Assembly: GCA_963924565.1 (NCBI GenBank)
Contig: OZ004614.1
Span: 7,688,001 to 7,752,000, forward strand
Reading direction: 5' to 3'
From: Ascidiella aspersa
Taxonomy: Eukaryota
Length of the DNA: 64,000 nucleotides
A program made the position numbers and the translations under genes. Shown in pieces: positions 51,801 to 61,858 of the stretch. A model generated the notes under the pieces. It ran no database searches and was not told the origin of the DNA. It worked only from the letters and a program-made list of their open reading frames with translations. Every line of letters starts with the position of its first letter. Position 1 is the stretch's first letter.

Positions 51801-54611
51801 TAAAGAAAATAAATAAATCCTGGAAAGCTTATTTTCAGTATGTAAATCCAACACTAAGTTTTGTCGTTGATTTATTACCTTTATCACGATTTTATCTTGC
51901 CTAAACTCAAGAGGTATTTTACAGGTGATCAGCTATAACGCCTACACCGGTCCATACGACAACAGAGATCGCAACAACTTTAAAAACTGGAAACTTTGGA
52001 ACCAGAACCACGAATCCTGTTTCTACCAGCATGAAAACGACAACAGTAATCGTTCGACGCAAATTTTTTAAAACTCCTTGCCACGTTGAACGTTGGCAAA
52101 GTATTGCTAAATTATTAAGTATTTGGGTACACTATGCACGGATCTGTAATGTAGCTTGATAATGAATTACAACAACATTAACTGAAGATGATAGAAGCTC
52201 GTATCAAAACGTGTTAATCAAGATGATGTCGATCTACTCGACCTTTTTGGCTTTGCAACTCGTTACCAAGCTACTTTGAAGTATTTGGTTGATTATTAGC
52301 TTGATTTATTTTTTGCCAGGCAAATATAACATCTCGCGCCCGGATTTTCCGCTCAAGTACTTGGGCCACGAGAAGCGCTGGAAGAAAGGAGGACCAGGAA
52401 CAATCGGATACTCGCGACCCGGGATCTTTCGCGACGTGCTCCTTGTTCCTCCTCTTTCCAACATCACGGTAACCACGACAACGCCGACTAGAATAATACA
52501 GATATTTTATCGAGAAGGTTGAATAAACTGTTCCTTTCTTGAACTGTATCTGATAAACTTCTCAGACTCGCTTCATAAACTTTGACATCTTAACTTTACT
52601 TCCTCGGATTTGCTTCATGCTCTTTGACCTTTAAACTTTATTTCTTTGCATCCACTTTATACATTTTCTCTTTAAATTAAGCTGTACCTTGCTTCGCATT
52701 ATAAATTTAACCTTTGAATTTACATAATGGGATCCGCTTTATGAACTCAAACCCTCAAACCCGTTTATGAACTTCAACCCTCAAACCCTTTATGAACTTC
52801 AACCCTCAAACCATTTATGAACTTCAACCCTCAAACCCTTTATGAACTTTATAAAGTTAACATTTGGTGTTGTTTTATTAGATTCTCTTCATTAAATTAA
52901 ACCACTAAAAGTTTTATGTTCTTATATTCGCTTGATTAACTTTAACCACTTACGTTTACGTCCTTACATCCTTTTTATGAACTTTCATCGTTAAACTTAA
53001 TTTCTTTAGATCCGCTTTAAGGCCGACAAGTTTCTTGGAGTTGTCGTGATCCACTGTCACATCCTAAATCATGAAGATCTTGGGATGATGTTGACGGTTA
53101 AGATTTTGCCTGATGGTGCGTAGCAAATGTTCTTGAAGGCGTTTTAGTAAATACCAAATGTCGACCATAACAAAAAGCACGTATCACAACGGGACACTTA
53201 GACACTTGGATTAATATGGTTCTTTAAAGCAGAAATCTAAAGCAGTGATTTCCAAACTAGGTGCCGCGGCACACGTGCCTCGAGAGATTGTCAAGTGTGC
53301 CGCGAAACTTTTTGTCGTTTCGGAAAAACGAGTACTTCTATTACCAATTTATTAGGAATAAATAATTTTGAGACATTTACATATAGTTTGTCGTGTGGAA
53401 AGGGCGCTTGTAAAACTAGTCTATTGTTGATCTGTTAAAAGTGTGCCGCGAAATAGTTAAGATTTTTTTAGTGTGCCGCGAGCCAAAAAGTTTGGGAACC
53501 ACTGATTTAAAGGTGTGGCTTAACGTTTAGTTGATCTTTTCAGGAAGCGACCTCAGTCAAAACGTGTCGGTACCCTCAGGCAACGCTTATCCAGGAACAT
53601 GTGATAAAGGGGATGTTTTTCCTTTTAACAACGTCACGTCTAAAGCTAACACGATCAATAGAAGGTTTGTTGCAAAATAACATTTATTTTTGTTTTTTTA
53701 GGAATTAAAATAGGTGAAAAAATTGTTATTAGAAAACAATTATGGACTTTTTATGAGCAAGGTCTCAATAATGTTTCACGTACAAAAACAGTGGGTTTCA
53801 ATGGCAGGGGTATTTGAACAACACAAAAAATAAAAGTTGGGGAAACAAAATCAACAAAAATAGTGCATTTGTTTGAAACCACAATTTGTCGAGTTGGGCG
53901 TATTTGCCTTTTGAATAAATTTTAACCTATACGTATGGATTGAAAAAAAGGCAGTTGAGGGGGTGTCTTTCCGCTCTTTTACAATTCAATACGGAAATTA
54001 CACTGTGTTGTTTTTAAATACCGTGATAGTTGCCAGTATTTTTCTCGTGATAGTTGCCAGTATTGTCATGACTTAAGTAATTGCCTTGACTTAACTTAAG
54101 TTCACTCAAGTCTTCGTTTTTGAGTAAGTGCACTTGACCTAAGCCCTTTGGTAAAAAAGACTTGGCTCGTTTTGCGACTTTCGTACGAATTACTTGTCTT
54201 GGACATACGTGTTTTTATTTGATATAATTTTTTATAATATTTGTTTAGTTTTATCCCATTTTTTTCAACCGTTTTCTCGCCATACGTTTTTGTGTTGTTT
54301 TAATGAAAATATGCTCCGTATCGAATAAGTTGACCAATTTGTATCCTAAATTTACAATTCATTTTTACGCTAAGACTTGACTTTTTGACAATAACTTGAA
54401 CTGGATTTAATATTTTGCCAAATTACCTGACTTGGAAGGGCTGAAGTAAATTTCTAAAACACTTGACTGGAATTTAAGTCGTAAAAAACTTGTTACAACA
54501 CTCTGATGTTTGCTAATGTTAAGAATGTTACGCAGAATCGCAGTGTTCCCAATCATTCAGCTTCTGTTGTGGATGGCTCTACAAGATTTTTACTGTATGT
54601 TAGATCAGTAG
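42846..54611 (+). CDS. Three-domain multicopper oxidase (laccase-like), 656 aa, signal peptide and hydrophobic C-terminus (probable GPI signal)
   Basis: Exons 42846-42948, 43952-44136, 44760-44867, 46077-46211, 46986-47155, 48938-49081, 49948-50149, 50557-50810, 51439-51535, 51925-52045, 52320-52468, 53010-53115, 53544-53664 and 54536-54611; 1971 nt, phases consistent. All four copper motifs are present: TNFHTHGLHVS, GTYWYHPHLHG, HPIHIHVNSFQV and HCHILNHEDLGMM (10 His, Cys, axial Met), plus YNGEIPGPT and KRFRMVNAG. The last exon is the least certain. Confidence 0.93.
44981..45190 (-). mobile_element. Dispersed repeat with an internal tRNA-like cloverleaf (45041-45115)
   Basis: GCCTGCATAGCTCAGTTGGTAGAGCGACGGTCCCTGCTTGACCGGAGGTCGTGAGTTCGAACCTCACTGCAGGCC has A and B boxes. 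Both flanks are homologous to 63448-63679. Confidence 0.8.
48368..48886. mobile_element. GACTT-rich MITE, best-preserved copy
   Basis: TIRs CAGTGTTG.AA / TTACAACACTG, perfect 8-bp TSD GTAATTTA, arrays of GACTT and CTTAAG near both ends. Confidence 0.9.
49354..49773. mobile_element. hAT-type MITE in oxidase intron 6
   Basis: TIRs CAGTGGTTCTCAACC / GGTTGAGAACCACTG; TSD CTTTAAAT; GCGGACCGG subterminal motifs as in the 8711 element. Confidence 0.9.
52121..52274. mobile_element. Fold-back Penelope-like remnant, copy 2 (oxidase intron 10), with a mutated hammerhead motif
   Basis: Starts with the same ATTTGGGTACACTATGCACGGATCTGTAA as 40621. Contains attaa CTGAAGA T GATAG aagctc GTATC AAAA C GTG ttaat at 52177-52218. 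Confidence 0.7.
52738..52850 (+). repeat. About 25-bp minisatellite, roughly 4.5 copies
   Basis: TTTATGAACTTCAACCCTCAAACCC repeated in oxidase intron 11. Confidence 0.9.
53243..53504. mobile_element. hAT-type MITE in oxidase intron 12
   Basis: TIRs CAGTGATTTCCAAACT / AGTTTGGGAACCACTG; TSD AT(C/T)TAAAG; GTGTGCCGCG repeats. Confidence 0.85.
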
Positions 54612-56127
54612 AGAGAAGCTGGGCAACGAATATTTTATGAAAATGGAGTTTCTTTACTACAATATCGTGTCATTTTCGTTAGATTGACTTTGCATCCGTG
54701 TTGTAGGCTTTAAGCACTGCACTATATTTGTAAATGCATAACGTAGTTTTCAAATAGGTGTACATATGTTTTTATTGTGTTTCAAAATTATTTGAATATA
54801 TTTCTCCAAAAAAGTATGTTGGCGTTTTAAAGGATAGTTTCAGTTTAAAGGTGCCATGTATACCCTAAAGTTTCGCCAATTATCGGTATCTGAATGCATT
54901 GTAATGTGTTTTGCGTGTGTTGGTTATGACTTTTAAAAATGAGCATAACATCAAGTTGAACATTGTTATTTTGATCATAAATTTCGTCGTGTGACTCAAA
55001 CTTTAAACCGAACAAATTCAGATACTTTTGCGCTTCACTCGACTGTAACGCCGTTTTCTTAAATGTAATTAATTGAACCCACTTTTAAATGCCATGAATC
55101 CCGGAACGACTTCTCAATAACAATTGATAAATCGCCAAAAAATCACACGTTTTAACAACATAATTGTCTGTTAAAAGTCGTAACTTTTGGCCGAAAGCCC
55201 TTTTAGTTTGATTTTGTCCCGGCACTAGGAAAGTTTGCCGGTCCCTAGTTTGAATATGTAAGAATTTAAAACGCTGTTTACATAATTATACGAAATAATA
55301 ATTTATTCAATGACCCTTTGTACATCAACAGCTGTTTTTAGATTCAAAAGTTGGTTTTATCGTTGTAAATATTAATCAAAATGTGTAGGCATGCCGTTTT
55401 GAACTGAATTTTTCAATGTGTACCTTTTTGAAAGTGATATGATGCGCTTTATTATGATTCCTAAATAATAACCAGTTTCTATACATGCTGATAAATGTTA
55501 GACTTTTTTCTGTTTGACTTATCGTTTAAAACAGGCCCCAAAGTCGCCTTATTGTCGACAGTATTTACCACGCGTTTACAAATGCGACGATATCCTTGAC
55601 AAGAGAGTAGGAAAAGGATCGAAACAAAACAATTGCTTAAATTTGAACTACCTTTATCGTTGTAAGTGATAGGCAACGGTGCATGTTAAATTTAATATTC
55701 ATATCGTTTACATACAGTATATGTAAAGAGAAGTGAATTTTAACTTGATATTTACGTCATAGGTATGTCGAAGTTGATATTAAACCATAACGACAATATA
55801 GCAAAAACGAAACGCAAGAAACATTTATTAACAATACAGAAAACTGATTGCTGTTCCGATCAAAAAAAAATGCCGCTTTCTCAAAATTGTCTGTCACGCC
55901 CTAAAGTCGCCTCACTTGACGACACTAACAAAAAAAATGAATGAACGAATGTTGCAAGGTGGAATAAAAAAAGACAAACATACCAAATAAAGACCACACT
56001 TAATTATAATGCCGCAAATAGTGCCAAGACATGTAAGCAACAGGTTGTGGGTCAGTTCATACATCGGCCATAAACATAGCAAGACTACAGCACGATTTCC
56101 GATGACCGGTGCTATCAAATTAGGTTA

Positions 56128-58881
56128 TTTACTGACCAATTGCGTTTGCCAGGCTTGTAAGTAAAGAAACAGAGCAGCGCTTGGCGTAAGCAATAGGATT
56201 TGATCCAGTTGCGAGTTTGTAGCCGCTGTAAAGCAGCAGTAGAGTCACAAGGCTCACTGAGGCCATCGTTTAAACACACAATGGCCGAGATCTGTAGTTG
56301 TTTTTAAGGTGTCAATGGCGAAATTGGACTATTTTTTTGTTTTTATAATTGGAAAATTTTTAATATAGGTATGGTTTGTTAAATATTTGTTATATTTGTC
56401 TTTAATTGTATACCGCCCCAAAACGACCCAGGTTCCCCTGAGGAATAATAAAGAGGAATCCTATTCAAGCGCAGTAAAATACATCCACAGGGAGCCAGTT
56501 ACCTTATTACTTTTATCTTATTACCACACCAAAAAGAAATACTAAAGAAAAGATCCCAAAAACACAAAAATAAAAGTAAAAATACACATTTTTACGACCA
56601 TAAAATTAGTTCATGTTAAATCTGTTTAATGTGTTGGCCTATTCTTTTAATATCCATTTGAGGCGGTCTCAGTATAAATTTCATTTCGAGTTCAAGCTTA
56701 CTAAAAGTGCAATTAATAACAACTTAACTAATATTAGATTTAATATAAAAATTAGTATTGGTACTATGCATGCACCGAAATAAGCTCTTTATTGGCCATA
56801 ATGTTTGACGTAGAGCTGTTAACAAATACAAAACGACTAAACATTGACAAACTGAATGACATGTGTAAAATATGAAGACATCCCTCTCCCTTACACTAAA
56901 CGACGACAATGAATTCAAATGGGAGAAAATATCTTTAGACTTTCCTGTCTTAGTCAAAGTCAGTCATTAATAAGTAAATATACTGTGTGCAGATCATCTG
57001 CCGGTCGACTTAAATTGTTCAGCAAGCCGTTACCTGCAGAACGTTGGCGTTGTGTCTTCTGTAAGTCATCCTTAGAAATATCTCTGGCAAAGGTTCAATT
57101 CCAAATAGATTTTGCTTACGTTCACAGCCGAATGTAGCTCTTACTGTCCGACAGAGGTACATAAGACGGGTTTAAAGCATCAATATAGGGGGTAGTAGAT
57201 AGTGTGTCGAGGGTAATTTTATGCTGTTTAAACTTAAGAGTAAAATTTAGGCAGTATTGGCGACTTTCAACCACAAATATGCCGATTAGATGAAAAGCAC
57301 GGCTTCAATAACCATTTACAAACAGGGTCCATTCATAGGTACTAACCATAATGACTAAACTATAGTTTTTTACTGTTAGATCGAAAAATTGTTTGGCCAT
57401 AGTTTTGATGTGCACGCCTATCACAAAAAAAGTTGACAAAAAAGCGGCAACAAAAGTGCCATTTATTATATGACTATGACGGATGGGCTGCCAATACTGT
57501 TAGGCCTGAATAGTATCCGGTTGTGCCAGTTGTTGTAACAATAAGTAAAAAATATCACGAAAAAAGGGTATGAAAATGCGCCATGGTAAAGAACACCATT
57601 CCTGGTGTAGAGAATATGATTATATTATGCAATAGTTGTAATATCGCGTTGCTAAGAACTATCAGTGATTGGTTCAGTCGTGTAGCGTTTTGATACGGGT
57701 TTAAAAGCAATACATAGAAAAACAACAAGAATATCTTACCCACGCCTGTCGAAACCTTGAGTAAACGATAGTTTGTGGGCGAAAGGTAAGGGAATAGTCG
57801 AAAGTACCACTTGTTCTCAGCATCCATCTGTTTCTGCATACTTTCCAACCAGGTATGCTCATCGTCTCTCATCGAAAATATGATCTTAACATACGATAGC
57901 TGATAGCTAACAATTGATGTTGTAAGCCTGTAAGGTAATAAACATTTATTCCAAGCAAAATTGACGCGCGACGCCTTCGGCTAAAACATATGAATTAAAA
58001 TGGGGTAAGACATAGTATAGATTATAAAACGTAAACCTGATTCACACGATGCCCGTATTTTACGTGTGCAATTAAAATAGGAAAAATATATGAAGTTTTG
58101 GGGGGCATGGCCACGTGTCAAACCCTGACAGCTAAAATAAGAACTTTTCTATTTTCGCTTTTTACAAGAAGTCTAGCTATGACTTTCCTAAGTTAAAACC
58201 TATCATTCAGTAAAGCAAACTGGAACCATAAGCTGCCAATATTTATAAACACGATTATCAACTACCTGTCAGAAAAAAACAGCACCTTGATGCCAAGAAA
58301 GGTTTCGGAAAAGCCTTCTAATCACAACAAAACTAGACAAATAGCTAGTAAAATCCAAAACACCTATACAAAGTGGGCCAAAAGTAGGCTTACAGTTATA
58401 AAAAGTAGGGTTTCGGTCTAAAAGTAAATTTATTGTTTTGGGTTCTTCTCATACACCTTGTTCTTTACAACACCCCAAAAAAGAAATCCATTAGTGTCAG
58501 GTCAGTTGAGCGCGATGGCCATTCAATGCTACCTCTTCTTCCAAGCCAACGCTGTGGAATAACTGTAAGCCTACTTTTGGCCCACTCTGTAGTTACTGCT
58601 ATAGGACATGACTCCAGTTTAGTTCGTACCTTGGCTTCGGGAAATGCTTTGTGAATTTCGTCCCAAAAATAACACGCGGGGGAATCAGAGACAGCATCAA
58701 CGTTCTCGTACATCCGACGAAAGTCCTCGGTGGTTGCTCCGTGCCGCAAAATTCTCTGCCACCCGTCGCGATGGCATGAATAGTGTTCAGGCGCATCATA
58801 AACAACGTATCCGAGTTGTCTCAAGGCCGCGGCCAATGACGTGGTGCCGGTTTTCGAAAAACCGGTGGAAATTACTTTCAT
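56128..58881 (-). pseudogene. P-loop sulfotransferase-like gene, copy A; exons 1-3 intact, terminal exon truncated
   Basis: Exons 58630-58881 (MKVISTGFSKTGTTSLAAALRQLGY..), 57740-57884 and 57034-57143 are open, and exons 2 and 3 have the same lengths as in copy B. Only the 3' half of exon 4 is present (about 56128-56271, TMASVSLVTLLLLYSGYKL..NAIGQ*). The acceptor and the NAPK..GW..LC.FLG..PYPH.N segment are absent between 56272 and 57033. Confidence 0.75.
58369..58589 (-). mobile_element. Tc1/mariner-superfamily deletion derivative
   Basis: About 30-bp TIRs CA(A/G)AGTGGGCCAAAAGTAGGCTTACAGTTAT with TA TSD. The internal peptide PQRWLGRRGSIEWPSRSTDLTLMDFFFG matches the transposase motif RWIGR..WPPRSPDLTP.DFF.WG. 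Confidence 0.9.
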
Positions 58882-61448
58882 AACGGATTTTTTTAGTCAA
58901 ACAACCAAAACGAATTTTTTGCCAAAAAATGTTTCAAGACAAATTTCTTCAATGTGCTGGCAGCTAACTTTCGGGCTTGTATAACAAAAATCCGCTTGCT
59001 TTTACTGCGAAACGAAACAAAAACCTCTTTTTGTACAAAACTCGCTCGCTTAATCTCCCAATAACGCCGCTACAATTGATTGGCTTAAGTTTAACATAAA
59101 AAAAATTCTTTGCCAGGATCGGAGCAACGCTAATGAATCTCTTGGGGTTAATGAATAAAATCCCATTCAATTAACCGAGCGTTGTTTGATATTTTTTTCT
59201 AAAAAAACGACTTCTGGTGTTGCGCTGCTGTTTGTCGTGTTTAAACCAACTTGAAACAAGCACGTTGTCGTCGCGTTTTGGAACACACCTGTCATCAATT
59301 GTGGTGCCGTACGTTTCCGTGCCAAGTCACATGAGAATGAAATACGTTGGCAGTAGATCTCGGTTGTACTTGCCGCAGATTTATTTTGCCTTGTACGCGC
59401 TAAGGGCTCGAGAAATTTCAAAGCAGTTTAAAAGTCAAATTATATAACAACCATTCTTCCCATAGTTTTTGAAGTTTGTTTGTCGATTTGCAGATCCTTT
59501 TGTTGCTTTTGGTCGCACATACACGTTTCCTGTAAGTTTATGCAAACATGCCAACTCACTATAGACTTAGACTAATTTGTGTTAAATACAGACTAACAAG
59601 AGGATTGTTTCCAATCCTTATCCACCTGCTAGCACAACATACAGCGCAGTGTTTTTTTAAGGTGTTTTGATTTTCTCCAGCGGTTTCCCAAATTTTGGAC
59701 TTGCAACTTTTTGGTATTTAAATGAAACACTTGCGGTCTCTTAAAACTACTTAGCGGTCACCCAAACCAAACCTTAAAAAAAACCCTGCATACAGGGATC
59801 CATTGGTTGAGGCCTTAAGCGCATATCTAATTTAAAACTACAAACCACAGTTCAGTAAATGCAACGAAACCCATGACTTAATTAAAAAAATGTTTTTCAA
59901 TCCTATGTGTCCTGTTAGGACCTCCTATCAGGCCTAACGTCTTTAAATTAACTATTCTTAAAGGGTGAGGGCACACGTTATTCTTTTTTCAGTTTTTGTT
60001 GCTTCAAAAATGTGTTTAGTCGTCAATTAGGTTAAACAGACAATGGGGTTCAGCCAGGTCAAATTATTGAGCACAACTGGGTTAGGACATTAACTATAGA
60101 TTTTTGATATGCGATAACGTATACCCCAGTATCATTAAACAATTTAAAATACTTCCTTTGTAAGGAAGGCATAATATTGGTCCCAGGCAAACGATCCCTT
60201 AAATTATAATTGCTTTAAGCTGTCTTATAATCTTAGCAGTATATAGTTTCTGTTCTAGTCGAGTCCCGGGTCCAGATCCAAATTCAACTAACAACATTAA
60301 ATCAAAACTTTTAATTCGGTAAATACTTTCCAAATTACAAATTAAATATAGTATAAATGATTAAATAATTTAACAGTAAACGTTCCGGCACAGAACGATG
60401 AAATTTGTTTCGAAGTTTTAACAGGCAATTCTTAACTATAGTTTGTCTGAAACAATACGAAATACGGTACTTTAAACAATTTATGTTGGGTTTAAATAGA
60501 GCCAAGTATTAAATAGAGCCAAGTATAAGCCACTTACTTACTTTCTGCTTGTACCGGTATAACCAATTGATGAAATTAGGCCTATTAAAACACGCAAATA
60601 TCACCTTTAAAATACGCAAATAGCATTTACCCTCATTTATTGCCTATAATATATTTTTCGGCGTTGTGTTGACGGAAATGAAGTGTGATTGTTTTAACGG
60701 GTAACGAGGTGTAACGGAAACGAAGTGTACCGCAATATATCAGTTATTATGAACTAGCTGAAAAAGGCTTAATGTACACTACAAGATCAGTATAGTGTGG
60801 GTGAAAAGTAAAAAAGCACACCTTTTTTCAGATTCGATCACCATCCACTTAAAACTTTAATCAACTTGAAATAACGGATTCTCGCTTTCTGGCTCAACAT
60901 ATGTATGTCCTTTACACATTACTGTATTTTGCAATTTGCGAAATAGCGCCAAAGCAAAATCAGCATATCCTACGTTCGACGTGATATACTATAACTTATA
61001 CGTGAATGTTTAGCTAATTTTCTTTGCATAGGCGGCCCCAGGGAGTTTGTTCAATTTATAATACTAAATTGATTAACATTAGGGTATTGTTTCCTACAAA
61101 AAACGATACCGTTGTAATACACTTTTATAGTTTCAGTGGGTCGCTTAATGCTAATCTTAAACTTGGTAGCCCAAGTCATAAAATAATTGTTATATTGTCG
61201 GACATGTTTTGCTCTAAATATCTAGATCAGGTTTTGCAATAAAGTCTTGAAAGGCAAAGTTAGCTTCGCTAGTTGAGACTGGTCAGTATCAAAATTCGTA
61301 TTTATGGTAAAATTATTGACTTTTTAATTTGAGTTCATACAACGGTTGTAAGCACCGCGTGGTACCACTCAAACAATTTCGTACCAATTTAATGATTGAG
61401 GATGCTTGCCAGACTCATAAGAAAAAACAAAGCAGCGCTTGGAGTAGC

Positions 61449-61749
61449 CAAGCGGTTCCCAAACGGGGGTGCGCGGACGAACTGGGGTCCTTAGATCAGT
61501 TTTAGGGGGTCCGCAAGGAGAATTAGTCTTTAAGTTTTTTAATTAGGCTTTAGCGAATGTTTTTAAACATCAAAGCGTATATTATGCTGTACTACGCTAC
61601 CGAAAAATAGTTCGCATCAGTTGGAAAGTTGTTACATTGAAAGAATCGTTACTGCACTAGTGTACTACAAGAAGCATGGCTCAAGTGACCCTTGGAATTT
61701 TATAGGGCCGCGAAACATCAAAATATTTGCAAAAGTTTGGGAACCGCTG
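61449..61749. mobile_element. hAT-type MITE downstream of sulfotransferase copy B
   Basis: (CA)AGCGGTTCCCAAAC / GTTTGGGAACCGCTG termini flanked by GAGTAG(G)C. Confidence 0.8.
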
Positions 61750-61858
61750 GAGTAGGCAATCGTATTTGATCCAGTTCAGTCATGATTGATCGCACTGAGT
61801 GAAACACAAAAATTGAACCCGGTTTTATACGGCACACTAAACCGATAAGAGTTGCGTA

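Noticed and set aside
42846-54611. Bacterial contamination as the source of the oxidase
   Set aside because: The gene has thirteen GT-AG introns filled with the same MITE families as the rest of the window.
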